From Azolla caroliniana (taxonomy: Eukaryota; Plantae; Polypodiophyta): DNA of 64,000 bases. The DNA lies in NCBI GenBank assembly GCA_043228905.1, contig JBHGNT010000021.1, forward strand, positions 4,092,001 through 4,156,000. Direction: 5' to 3'. Below are positions 11,057-24,230 of the stretch, piece after piece. The position numbers were made by a program, and so were the translations under genes. Numbering within the stretch: the first letter of the stretch is position 1; every line of letters starts with the position of its first letter. The notes beneath the pieces were generated by a model. It had not been told where the DNA came from, ran no database searches, and saw nothing but the letters and a program-made list of their open reading frames with translations.

Positions 11057-11355
11057 AACAACCCTAGGGTGACCACCACAACATTTCCTGGCCTCCCTCC
11101 CCACTTGTGCCATCTGCTCCCTTCTTTTGGCGAACAGATAGGGACGATTTGCCCTCAAAAAATGTCCATCACAGATACATTTATAGAGGTGCTCAAGTTG
11201 TGCATCTTAGTGCCTTCCCTCCATGGACTTCAACAAGAATCATGCTCTACTCGGAGGAGCTAGGTCTCACAATGGTGAAAGTGGTCTATGAGGGACTCCC
11301 TGGGCAGTGTTTCCTTTGCAAACAGAAAGGGCACCTAGCTAAGAAGTGTCCTCGT

Positions 11356-11901
11356 TGTTGAGAAATCGATGTGGAATATGAATCACAAAGAATAGACAAT
11401 GCTGAAATACGAATTACCGAAATGCCAAAAAGACAAGATAAACAAGAGTGCACAAGGATTTACGTGGAAACCCTAAAACGAGGAAAAACCACGGGTGAAC
11501 AGATTTCTTAACTATACAAAGTGGATATACAACACCGAGAGAAATACAACACTCTGTCGAGTGTATCAGCTGCACAGGGCTCTTTGCGTCTGCTGTTACT
11601 CACACAGTTATGGTGCGGCTCACACACCTCTCTCTCTTACACTCTCACTCATTCTCTTTCTTTGTTCGTCTCACTAACACACTAACTAAAAGTTTTCCGT
11701 AGTTGCATATGTACTTACGCAACTTTCTGGTTATTTACATACGTAGCCCTCGTGGAGCACACACTTAGACTATTTACAAGTATAGTCTCCCGAGTTGGCT
11801 ATTTACACGATTCCGGTTTCTGCTGAGGCCAATTCGGCTCCTCGATTGTCGGCTTTCCGGACGGTCGGATCTTCCTCCCACTAGAGGGACATATCCCAAC
11901 A
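11356..11901 (-). mobile_element. Copia solo LTR, distantly related to the Copia A LTR
   Basis: TGTTGAGAA...CCCAACA; TSD CTCGT at 11351-11355 and 11902-11906; shares the acgtggaaa-cccta...gaaaaaccacggg motif. Confidence 0.92.
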
Positions 11902-12582
11902 CTCGTAAGATTGGAAAGGGATGCTCGGGACCTCGAGCCTCGGGGAAGGCTGTGTCAACCAAGGGTGATGAGTCTCCTTGGAAACCCGTTAAGAAGAAGG
12001 GGAAACTTGGAAGCCCAGGTGTGCACCCCCCCCCCCCCCCTCAAGGCCTTCCCTTAGAAAGAAGTCCCACTACCTTGTCACCGGCAAGCGTGGACGAGCA
12101 ACCCTTGAAACGGGTTAACATCCTCTCAGGGAGTGCGGAGGCACACTACCTATAGGTGAGAGCTTCCAACAAATTTACATTGCTCTAGGGGCTAGGGGAT
12201 GGCAACCCAGAAGCGTTGGTAATAACATTGTCCCCATGTTACTCTTTGTCACTTCCCCCACGAGATCCTGAGCTCGTGTTCTCCACCCCGATGGAGATGC
12301 AACCACAACTTATATTGTCCACCCCAGAGGAGATGTTGAAAAAGGCCCCCCTCATGATGGAACGTGAATGTGGTGGTGACCTCAGATTGGTGAAATCGTT
12401 CGTGGATCTAGACGGGCAAGCTTCTTGTGCAAAGGGAAGGGAAATATAGGCAAACAATCACCTAGTTTGGCGAGGACTCTCTGGGATACAAGGATATAGG
12501 ATGTGCAACAACTTAGGAGTAAAAATGTATCGTGGGAACTATTTGAAACGGGTCGGGAAGGATAGGCCGAGAATCCCTTAGG

Positions 12583-12904
12583 GGCTTTACAATCTATTGT
12601 GGAGCTCATACCCCCAGAAGCAAATGTTAGTTTGCCCCATGACATGGGGGTCGGCCCAGACATGGGCGTCAACCTCACCATCTTCGGATGAGGATCCTAA
12701 CGTGGAATGAACAGGGCTTCGGTGGAGGCCGTCAGCACCAATAGGCTTTACAGTCTATTGTGGAGCCCATACCCCCAGAAGCAAATGTTAGTTTGCCCCA
12801 TGACATAGGGGTCGGTCCAGACATGGGTGTCAACCTCACCATCTTCGGATGAGGATCCTAACATGGAATGAACAGGGCTTCGGTGGAGGCCAACAACACC
12901 AAGA
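12583..12904 (+). repeat. 161-bp tandem duplication spanning the LINE ORF2 start
   Basis: ggctttaca.tctattgtggagc.catacccccagaag at 12583 and 12744. Confidence 0.9.
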
Positions 12905-14037
12905 GTGCAAAAGACTTCGGGAGGTATTGAATCCCCTTAATATTGGGGGCAACATTGACATATTGCTTTTGCAGGAACACCACCTCTCTCAAGAGAGAGC
13001 GTAAAGCCTAGTAAACCCCTTGTCGAGAGGGTGGACCACGTGATGGTCGGCTGCCCAAGGTGACCTCCACCGAAGAGGAGGGGTCTGCATATTGATGAGT
13101 GATAAGGCCCAATACGAGGTAACATGACATGGCACGTTGGTGGCAGGTAGACCCTTATATGTGCTTCTGAAATGGAATCGTCTACAGATTGGGGTGGTAA
13201 ACATTTATGCCCCTAACTCATCACTCGAGAGAGCAATCTTCTAGAGGATGTTAGTGATAACATTACTTGATGCAGAGACATGGGTAATGGCCGATGATTT
13301 CAACATGACAGAGCCCTAGGAGATAGGAAAGGGGGGACCCAGAGGCCGATTCATGGTGGGAGCTTGAATCATGGGCTTTCCTAATTGGCAAAATCGGGGT
13401 GAAGGATACATGGGGCTCTTCCCTTAGGAGACGCTCATATTCGCTACACTTCTCTAGAACCGTCATGAATGCTAGGGGTGGTAGCCTTGCACGGCTAGAC
13501 AACATATACATCAAATTGTCCCTAGAAGGGTTGGGGGGCTCCTTCGCTATCTTTGAAGGACTTACCTTCTCTGATCACCAGCCAATGAGACTAGACCTTA
13601 ACCCCCCCACCGGCAGCAAGGGGAGTCTCAATGTGAAAATTCCCATGAAGATCATGAAGAGTGCACAGGTGAAGGCAGGTCTACAGAGTATATGGTGGGA
13701 GACCATTGTAAGTCAATTGGCCAATGAGGATTTGCAGAAAGAATAGGACCTCTCCTCCTTTTTACAACAGGAAACCAAGCAAATCCTCCAGTAGGTTAGA
13801 GCCATTGAAATAAAATTAAGGAAGATCATTGCAGCAATGCAACGGTTGCTACAGGCAAACCCTAGTTGCAGTTTGTCTAAAGCTAAGCTAGAGGAAGCAA
13901 AAAGGAAGGTGCAGGAGAGGACGTTGGAGAAGAACCGGATGTTATTCAGAAGGACTGTGACATGGTGGGCTAGAATAGACGACAAGGTCAACTGACATTT
14001 CTTTCAGTACAGGACACCCAAGGGTGGTGGTGGACGC
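12848..14037 (+). pseudogene. LINE ORF2 N-terminus, APE-type endonuclease
   Basis: MRILTWNEQGF, DILLLQEHH, VNIYAPN, ADDFN, RLDNIY, SDHQP; several stop codons. Confidence 0.88.
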
Positions 14038-14875
14038 TGTCGTGGGGAATTTCGGCTACTGGGAGAAGGGGAGCCAGAGAGCACGGGAACGGGGGTGTGC
14101 ACAGATGCACACAAAGTTGTCTTTATGTACAAATATATGTAAATAACATAGAACTGATAAGTACTACGTAGTAGGATTTGATGGGTATTTTAATGTCCCA
14201 TGAAACAAGAAGAATAAAGCATGTGTGGGGAAGGAAATCGAGGGAGAATCAGTAACAGAATCGACTGTCTTAAACATGATCTAAGGACCTCCCCTTGTGC
14301 TATAAAAGGGGAGGCTTTGAACTGTTTTGGGGATCCATCGATTGGAGAACAAAGTGCTATTGGACTGAGCTCTAGAAGCTTCTTCCATTCTCTGTTTTCC
14401 GTTTTCCAGTCATCATGTTGTGAGGCCTCCATTTCGCATTGGTAGCTTGTGTACTCTTGATCGGAGGCACACTGGTGTGTGTGTGTGTGTGTCGCGAGCG
14501 TGAAGCTCTTCTTGCCGGCCTACAGGGCCGACTTGATGATGAGAGATATTCTGGAGGACAAACGGTTGGTTGGATTCCCTCGGGTCATTACGTTGAGCAT
14601 CCATGCTGAGGTACTCAAAGTGCAAGCATATTGCCGTAATTGGATGGATTTCACGGGACAGGTCCTCGAACGGTACGACTTTGATGATTCGCTTCGGATA
14701 TTGAAGAAAGAGTTCATGGATTGGGTCGAGAGCCCTGGCAAGGGTCGGAATACGTTAGTGCTTGTTCAGGAGTTTTGTAAAAGTAAACATGCGGAAGCGT
14801 TCGACAAACCGGCTCAGTCGGATAGCAACAGAAGATGAGAAGAAAAGTTAACAAACACAGAGAGTACGCGTACAC

Positions 14876-14927
<52 letters not shown>

Positions 14928-15665
14928 ATAAACTCTATTAAAAAATTACTCTAAAACTCTCTCTATACAATGTGCTAGACAACACTATTTATACAAGTCC
15001 TTAAAGGACTGATAGAAGTACAGTGTACTTCAATGCTCCTAACAGTGACTGATACTAATTTTGAACAATATGCCTACGTAGTATGCTGGATCCGTAGGCC
15101 TCTAATGGCCTACCGGTTTCAATCTGATCCGGCTCTCCGATCCGGCTCCTGGTTCCGAATATCATCCAGACACCGATCCAGCTCTGGCTTATTCAACCGA
15201 TCCGGATCCGGTTGAGCTTGCTAGCTCAACACTCCCCCTCAAGCACAACTTGAGGTCAGATTGTGGTGTCAGTTTCTGTGGTAGGTAGTTCTTCCGTCCG
15301 ACTCCTTCTGGCGTCTTCCCCCGCCTTGCTCGTGCTCCTCGCCTAGTCTAGTTCCACGCACCTTGACCTTCTCGATCGGCTTGTCTGCTCAACAGACCCA
15401 TTTCAGCTCCCTCACTGCTACGACTTCGACACTTGTCGACCTGTCGACTCCTGCGCGTTGGCGTCGACTTCCGTTGTGTTTGTGTCCGCTCTTCCGAATC
15501 CATCTGTTGAACCGAATCGATTGTCTTTGATTCATTCTAGCTCTTGTCCAAGTTGGTAGTCTCCAACTCGTCTTCCGTTTTTAGGCCCTTCACCACATCG
15601 GACCACGTTCAGGTCTTGGCCTTCTTCCGGTTAGCTCTGTCCTTCTTGACTCTGCCACCGCTATC

Positions 15666-18600
15666 TTATGCTCCAACTTGTTCGAATGTGCCGACTCCTT
15701 CGGTCGAGTCAGCTTCCTTTTTCTGCTTATCTCCCCCCTTTGTTCTTTCTTCCTCTCCGGTTCCTTGTTTGGTGCCATCCGTTCCTGTTCCTATTCTCCC
15801 CCTCAAGTGCGGCACGTCAAGATGCTGAACACTGAGCATTTCGGTGAAGTGCTGCAACTTGTCCGATCTGAGAAGTTTGGTGAATATATTGGCAATTTGC
15901 CGATGCGTCTGAACATATCGAAGTTCAACTTCATCGCTCAGGACCCGCTCACGCACGAAGTGATAATGCACTTCAATGTGCTTTGTCCGAGCATGGAATA
16001 CAAGGTTCTTGGCGAGCTGAATGTTGCTCATGTTGTCACAGTAGATCAGGTTCGGGGTCAATACCTCGATCCGGAGGTCATGCAGCAGTCGCCGAAGCCA
16101 AATGGTAGCACCCCGGTACTCAGCCTTAGTGCTCGATAGAGCCACTGTCGGATGCTTTTTGCTGCTCCACGCAACAGCCACGCTACCTAGAGAAAACATG
16201 TAACCGGAGGTGAATCGGCGACCTGATGCATCACCAGCCCAGTCGGCATCGGTATATCCGACTAGCTTCCCAGTTATACCACGTCGGTATAGTAGTCCCC
16301 AGTCCTTCGTGCCGAATGAACAGTGACGAGTTAGACTTTGAGGCCACAAAACTGTTCTTCAAGGTCACCTTGAAGAGACACATTCTTCACGTCCATTTGG
16401 TGAAGATGCCATCCCCTTGCCACAGCAACAGCCAATACCACACGAATCGTTGTCATCTTCGCTACCAAAGCAAAGGTCTCCTTGTAGTCGATTGTGGGGG
16501 TTTGTGCGTATACCTTTGCCACTAACCGAGCCTTATACCGGTTGACCGAACCGTTGACATTGTACTTTATCTTGTACACCCATTTGCAACTGATCGGTTT
16601 ACAGTGTCGAGGAGGGTCAACCAAGTCCCATGTGGCGTTGGCATCGAGTGCCCGCATTTCTTCTTCCATAACGGCACACCAATTTGCATCCTTTGCTGCG
16701 TCTGCGTAGCTCTCCGGCTCTCGCACTTCCGCCACCCTAGTCATGTATGCATAGTGATGCGCCATTTACTCATTCTACCCGTATCTCTTTACGAGATTCT
16801 TCTTGCGGGATGACCGGCATAACTTGTCGTTACCCGGTTTAGGGCCCTTCTTGGATGGTTCAAACTTCATTTAAGAAGGTCCTCCTTCTTCCTTTCTGGA
16901 GTTGGATTCGCTCTGATTCGACTGATCGGTGCCAATTTCGTATTCCAACATTTTCTTCTTCCCCTTCTCCTTGGACATGAACCATCTCCTCGGTTCCTTG
17001 CATGAGGAGAGCATGGTAGAGTCTCCATTACTCGCCTGTTCCTCATCAGACTCGGCATTCTGTGTCATGAAGACAACATTTTGGTTATCAAGAATCGAAC
17101 CCACGACTTCTTGGTCTATGTGTTGAACCCTTAACCATTGTAATAACATATATGTTGTGTGATTATAATAATTATGTTTCTAGTTATTACAAGATATTAG
17201 AATATTCTAGAACATCCTTGATTATTCTAGAACATCCTTTAATATTTCATCATTATATTTCTTATCATAAAATCTAAAATATTCTAGAACATTCTAGATT
17301 ACTCCATAAGGACCTATAAATAACTGTCTATACATTCGTTTCAACTCATTTGGTTCAACACCAGTCTTTAGCCCTTAGCCTACTCATTGTAATCTTGTTT
17401 CATCATAATATAATCTCATTTCTATTTCAAGTCTTATCTCTCTCACTCTCTCTCACTCACTCACTCTCTCTCACGTGCGCACACACACACCCTCTCTCTT
17501 TCGCTCTCGCTCTCGCTCTCGCTCTATCTTCTACCCACGAGTCTCGACATTCTGACCCAATCACTCATTCGGCCCACTTAGCCGGAATGAGATCAGACTC
17601 TCATTTGGAATACTGAATCCTTCATCTTCTTCTTGAACCTCTCCGGGTTCACTAGCCTCATCTTCCGGAATCGGGTCGGAGTTGGTAGAGAGTACCATGA
17701 TGCCGACTCATCAAACTCGACATCTCGGCTTACTTAGACCTACTTAGTCCAGGGGTTATAACATTTATACCCCTTTTGCTCATGGGAGTAACCGACTAGG
17801 ATGCACTTCTCCGACTTCGGATCTAGCTTCTTCTGCTTCTCATCATGCACATATGCTATGCTACCGAATATCCGAAGGTGCCTCAAATTCGGCTTGCGCT
17901 CGAAATATAGCTCGTGTGTAGACACCTTGTCTCTGATCCGGTTTTGGATGTAGACGGCTGTCCAGATCACCTCAGCCCATTAGAATTTGGGCATGCTCTT
18001 TTCCTCCAACATTGCCCTTGCCACGTCGACAATCGACCGATTCTTTCTTTCAGGCGCACCGTTTTGTTCCAGTGTGTATTGGCAGCTGAATTCTCTCCAA
18101 ATTCTGTTATGCTGCAGATAACAGTTGAATTGGCCGGAAAAGTATTATTTTCCTCCATTAGACCGCAGGCACTTGATCTTCCTCTTTGTTTCCCTTTTGA
18201 CTAAGCTTTGAAGGTTCCGGAAACAATCGAAGACTTCGCTTTTCTTCTCGATGAGGTAGATCCACATGTGCCGGCTGTAGTCGTCGATGAAGGAGACAAA
18301 ATACCGAGTCCCACCAAGACTAACGTTTTGTGCCGGTCCCCATACATCCGGATGGATTAGATCGAGCTTGTTACGGCTCCGGTTTCATTCGGTGGGGAAT
18401 GGAAGCGAGTGTTGTTTCCCGGGCTGGTAGGCTTCACAAACATGGGCCTTTCGGCCAATGAATTTTGGCAAACCGAACACAACATGTTTCGATTGCAGGT
18501 CCTAAAGCCTCCGATAATTAACATGGTCGATCTGCTTATGCTAGAGATCGATGTCCTATTCAATCTTCTGTCATTTGGCAAACATGGCGGTGCCGACGTC

Positions 18601-19370
18601 ATTTGTGTTGAGGATGAACATCCTCCCTTCTCTGCGCCCTTGCGTGATTATCCGGCCTTCTTCCTCGATGAAGCACCTGAGGTGCGCAAACTGCACATGC
18701 ATTCCCTGGTCGACGATTTGTCTGACCGACACCAGGTTCTTTGTGATTGTCGGAATGTGTAGTACGTTCATCAGCTTTCCCTTTTGTCCAACATGGCTTA
18801 AAGGGACTTCTCTGACATGCACAATCAGGTGAGGGGTGTTGTCTCCGGTTTCGACCATTCCCAGTTGTTCTAGTTTCTCCAAAAACGAGAACCACTCTTC
18901 GTGGTTCGTCATGTGGTTTGACGCTCTGGAATCAATGTACCACACTTCCTCTGGTTCGGAAGTGGTTTTCTTCATCGAGTTGGCCTTGTGCTTCATCACA
19001 AAGGTTGGCCCCTTTCCGGTCTTCCCGGTTCCGGATCCTTCCGATCCTTCTACGTAGTGTGAGGTTTGCTGGTTTCCTTGTCTAGTCTTGCCGGATCCGG
19101 ATTTATCCGGATCGGTGCGCTTCTTCCAGCACTCGCTTTCCCTGTGATCGTTCCTGCCACAATACCAGCATTCTATGTCGGTTTTCGATTGCCGGTTTCT
19201 GGCTCCAACTTGACTCCCCCTGCTTGTGGAGGGTCCAAAACTGCGGTCGGCACCGTCTTCGTGCCTTCGGTTCTGCTCTTGTCGGCCGCCTCCATTATAT
19301 GTCGACCCACTTTATCCTCCACGCCCACGGGGTCGATCCGCCTCCGTGTACAACATCCGGCTGTCTGATT
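15666..19370 (-). pseudogene. Copia B pol remnants (knuckle, protease, integrase, partly deleted RT, RNase H)
   Basis: WYIDSRASNHM; KLDPKSEKCILVGY; YKARLVAK; [10 protein letters not shown]; [12 protein letters not shown]; frameshifts and stops. Confidence 0.9.
17063..17549 (+). mobile_element. Solo LTR, chromovirus-like, with an antisense tRNA-like cassette at 17088-17143
   Basis: TGTCATG...CTCGACA; TSD TTCTG; ttctagaa repeats and TATA as in the 47137 LTR; minus strand AATGGTTAAG...GTGGGTTCGATTC. Confidence 0.85.
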
Positions 19371-20015
19371 GAGTGGTCTGTTGGGGACAAGGTCGTCAGT
19401 GCAGAAGAACAAACAACATCTGTGATGTTGAAGGACTTGTGTATGAGAATAAACCAGATACACACACACACACACACAAATAGGCACAAAAGAAATGTTT
19501 TATTTCTTGATAGCAATAGTTACAAAATGACAACCAACAACCCCCTCACTAAAGGTTACAAAGTCACTTTATATAGTGACTATCCTAGGGCAACTACCCT
19601 TTATGCTATTTACAGAAATAGCCCAAACATGGGCTGTCCAAAGGGACAGTGTGAATACGGTCATTATACACTCATATTCGACACTCCCCCGTAATGGGCG
19701 TATACATGGGTTATCTGAAATTACAGGTATATACAAGGTTTATGGGACAGATTGTTTTTGTTCGAGTCGGCAAGATCTAAAGACAGAAGACCGAATCGGT
19801 CGGGTTGGAAGAGCTGAAGCCGATCCTCAAAGGACTGATGTCGATTGTCCGAAACCATCCTGTGCTGTGTCTGACTTTAACCGGACTGATGTTTTGTTAA
19901 GCCCATCTGGTGCCGAAGGGACCGGAAGCGATCCGCTGAAAGACACTTGGTCATTCCATCTACGACATTATCGGTTGTGGTATCTTCTCGAGACCGATTT
20001 TCACTGAAATGACGC

Positions 20016-20843
20016 TGTCGTAGTGTATTTCGTACATTATGTGAAAAACTTATAAAGTACTAATTTACTAAATATGAATAAATAGTAGAAAATATTAAAA
20101 TATATATAACATGCATAGGGCAAGATTCAAACCTTGCACCTCCATGTTAATAATGTGAAACCTTACCATTACACTAGCATTTCATTCATGTTAAAAATTA
20201 GATGTCCCACATAAAAAAGGTAAGTTCACGTAGGATAAACTTTAGTTAAAAGAAAAACGCATGTTAAAAGAAAAAGCTGAGCATGCATATCTAGCGTGCA
20301 TGAACGCTATAGTCGATAAAAAACGCACAAGATAGAAAAAGCATGATCACTTTAGATAAAGCATATAGTCTATCTATAGGAAAAGCATGGAGTCTATAGT
20401 TAGAGAAGAAAAAACATGGATTGCTAGGAGTCCCTCATCACTACATAAGGATGGGGAGCACAATGTAAGGTGTGTGAAAAATATTTGGGAAATTGGATAT
20501 ATTTCCTAAAACACCAATTAATATAATCGTGGGATTCACGAAGTTTTATATAATCTATCTCTTTCAATCTAAATTCATATTCTTACATAAATATTGATTA
20601 ATGTAATACTTGTGGGATTCACAAGGTTTGATCTCTTTTCTATTTCTACTCTAAACTATTCTAAACTATTTCAATTTATTACTATGATTAAGACAAACTA
20701 AAACAACTCTGCTTGTGGGATTCACAAGCTTCTAATAATCTATACATAATTAAAATCGCCTCAAATTCTTCCTCTTCCTAGTCCATAACCCCAGCGGTTC
20801 CCACCCGACTCACGCAAACGATCCGGAGCCAAAAGGCACGACA
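20016..20843 (+). mobile_element. Solo LTR (TGTCG...CGACA family) with an antisense tRNA-like cassette at 20118-20178
   Basis: TGTCGTAG...CACGACA; TSD ACGC/ACGT; homologous to 52159-52813. Confidence 0.87.
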
Positions 20844-20847
20844 ACGT

Positions 20848-23800
20848 AGTCCCGAACAAAGTGATATCGAACGTCGATATGCTTGGAGGCGTTGTGGTGA
20901 ACCGAATTTTTTGACAAAGCAACAACACCCCTGACTGTTGTTGTAGACAACTGGAGCCGAGTCGAAGTCGACTTGTCGAAACGTGTGCGCTAGGCGATCG
21001 AGCCATAAAGCTTCTTTTGTCGCGTCGGACGCAGCTACATATTCCGCTTCGGTCGTCGAGGTGGCTGTGCACTCCTGAAGTTTCAACTTCCATGAGATTG
21101 CTCCATTGCCGAATTTGAAACAATATCTTTTTGTTGATTTCCGACTGTCCACGTAGCCAGCGAAGTCCAAGTCGGTGTAACCGACTACACCTGAGGTTGA
21201 GTTCGGGCCAAAAAGAATGTCGTGGTCTTTTGTGCCAGCTAGATATCTGAACACATGCTTGACTGTGTTCCAGTGCGATTGGCCTGGGTTGTGCATGAAT
21301 ATGCTGACGACTCCTACGACGTGAGAAATATTAGGCCGTGTTGCGACCATCACGTACATAAGGGAGCCGACTGCCGGTGCATACGGTACCGACTTCATAT
21401 CTTCCCCCTCCGGACCGGATGTCGGGCAGTCTCGCTGAGACAACTGAAGGTTAATGGGGAGTGGGGTCGAAGCAGACATGGCTGAGTGCATGTTGAAGTG
21501 TTCCAAGACACGTCCAATGTAGTCCGTTTGAGACAAGAAAAGTTGTCGTTTATCGCGATGCCGACTAATCTTCATACCAAGTATGTGTCTTGCCAGACCG
21601 AGGTCCTTCATGGAAAACTTCAACTACAGTTTCCGAACGAGTTAGGTGAGCTCTCCGGCATGTCGGCCGGAGAGTAGCATGTCGTCCACGTAAATGATGA
21701 GGAAGACGGGAGACCTGTCTTGAGTTGTTTTGGTGAAGAGACAATGGTCCTCATCGCTCTTGGAGAAGCCGACTGACTGGATGAAGTCGTCGAATTTCTT
21801 CTACCACTGTCGGGGTGCTTGTTTCAGGCCGTATAAACTCTTCCTGAGTCGGCAAACTAGATGTTCCTGGCCGGATGCCACAAAGTCTTTCAGCTGCTCC
21901 ATATAGATTTCCTCCTATAGGTCACCGTGGAGGAATGCCGTTTTTACATCAAGCTGAATCAGCTCCAAGTTGTCGGTGGCCACGACGCCGAGCATGAAAT
22001 GAAGGGTTGTCATTTTCACCACTGGTGAAAAGATTTCGTCGAAGTCGACGCCATATTCTTGTCGAAATCCCTTCGCAACTAATCTGGCCTTGTACTTTGG
22101 GTTGGTCGAGTCAGACTTCTCTTTTAGTCAATAGACCCACTTACACGGAAGAGCACATCAATTCTTCGGTAATTCGACCAAGTCCCAAGTCTTGTTTGCG
22201 CGAATGGAGTGCATTTCCGACTCCATCGCCAGATCCCAGATGGCTGACTCGGCAGAAGCCGATGCTTCTTCGTAAGACGTCGATTCACCAACGTCGGTAA
22301 AGAAAATTCCGGGAGAGGGCCTTTCCTGAGGTTGCGATAGTCTCTCGGATCTTCGAGGTATGACTGGACTAGTCGCACTGGGTATAGGTGTCGAATGGTT
22401 GGAAGTCGAGCCATTCGGATGTGCTGAATCAGTGGATTCAGGATGGGAGGTGTCGATTACCCGTGAAACCGATCTCGTGTTGTGGGTTGGGCCTTCATGA
22501 AGGGTTGGCACTTCGGAAAATATTACCCTTCGGACTTCAATAGGCCTTTCGGTTGTTTTATGCATAACCGACTTATTGAACACGACGTCCGAACTTCGGA
22601 CGATTTGTCTGTGCTCGGGATCCCAGAGTCGGTATCCGATCTCGCCGTCGGGTCCATATCCAAGGAAAACACATTTCCTTGATCTTGGTTCAAGTTTCTG
22701 GCAGTTGTCTTTCAGTATGAGGGCATACGCCTCGCAGCCGAAGATCCTCAACTTCTCATATTTCGGCTTACTGCCGGTCCATGTTTCCTGAGGTATTTTA
22801 AGTCCTAGAGGTGACATATTTATTATGTGGACTGCCGTAAGTAGAGCCTCCGCCCAGAATCCATCCGACAGTCTAGAGTGTTGGAGCATGGATACTACGT
22901 GTTCTTGAATCGTCCGATTCATGCGTTCAGCAATTCCGTTCTGCTCCGGACTATAGGGTGCCGTATATTCACGTCGAATGCTGCGTTCCCGGCAAAATTT
23001 GATGAATTCGTCAGACTTGAATTCTCCTCCATTATCGGTTCGGAGACATTTTAGTTTCCGACTGGTCTGGTTTTCGACCATTGCAAGCCATTCGGAGAAG
23101 ATCGAGAACACCCGATCTTTGGTTCTAATGGGGTAAGCCCACACCTTCCGTGTCGAGTCGTCAATAAAAATGACAAAGTACGAAGCACCGCCGAGAGACT
23201 GATATGGCATCGGGCCACAAAAGTCCGAGTGGACCAAATCGAGGGGACTCGATTCTCTTGGTGCTGATGTCGGGTGTGATGCGGCTACCTATTTGCCGTA
23301 CTGGCAATGCTCGCAGAATTGGTGATCGGAGAAGGAGAGCGTGGGGATGTAACTAGCTCTGGATAGGTGCGTTATGTCGGCCTTGCTAAGGTGTCCAAGT
23401 CGTCCGTGCCATAACGATGACACGGGAATATCAACCAAAAATAAGTCACCCTCTTTGAGTGTGACATATAACGGGTACAAAGAGTGTACCTTTGGTAGTT
23501 TCCCGGTTTCTTGCAGTAGTTGCAGATTCGGTTGTCCCGGGACTTGCTCCAGCTTCGCTGATTGTTCGGTGGTCAGGAAGAACTTCTTCCTCGGTTGTTC
23601 GATCGTTCGATCGAACCTTGTACTACGTAAGCTTCATCTGCCGAGTCTTTGGCGAAAGACTTTCTTCGAGCTACTTCAGTCAGGATTGCGCTCGTGATTT
23701 CGGAGTACTTAATGGCAGTTGTTGAAGCATTGCACACGGTTGTGACGAATGTTTCCCAAGAAGAGGGGAGACTACTCATGAGTATCATTGCTCTGAGTTC

Positions 23801-24230
23801 ATCCTCTATTGCCTTCCCCTGAGACGATATTTGGGAGCTTAGGCTTTCGTACTCGTTGAGGTGTGCCTGAACCGAATCGGATTCTTTCATCCGCAAGTTG
23901 TAGAGGCGTCGGATTAGATACAACTTCGTTGGGGCGACCTTCTTTTCATAAGTTTCCGACAGTGTTTTCCAAAGTTCAAAAGCTGTCAAGCATGATTGCA
24001 TTGTGAAGTACACTGACTCCGACAAGTGCATCCGAATCGTGGCGTGGATGATTCTGTCCAGCTTTAGCCACTCGTTTGCCTTGTATGCTTCTGGAGGATT
24101 TTCATTCTCAATCGGGTCTATCTAACCCTTCACTATGAGATAGTCCTGCATTTGTTCCTTCCAGAAGTTGAAGTTCGAACCGTCAAACCTCCTTAGACTC
24201 ATCTCCGATGAGCCAGATGTTGATGCCATC
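20848..24230 (-). pseudogene. Copia C gag-pol remnant; protease region deleted
   Basis: Gag LPSSWETFV; LWHGRLGH...CEHC; VHSD/DNGGEF/NGIAE; RT MKDLG; RNase H GYTD, STTEAEY. Confidence 0.9.

Larger units (their letters stand above)
5400..11355 (+). pseudogene. LINE ORF1 remnant (DUF4283-like region plus zinc knuckle), interrupted by the copia at 5748-11056
   Basis: FVCRFLVGGPSRGMVRDML...NFFHIEL...WSLGFN, then PRVTTTTFPGLPPHL...IGT and CFLCKQKGHLAKKC. Confidence 0.75.
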
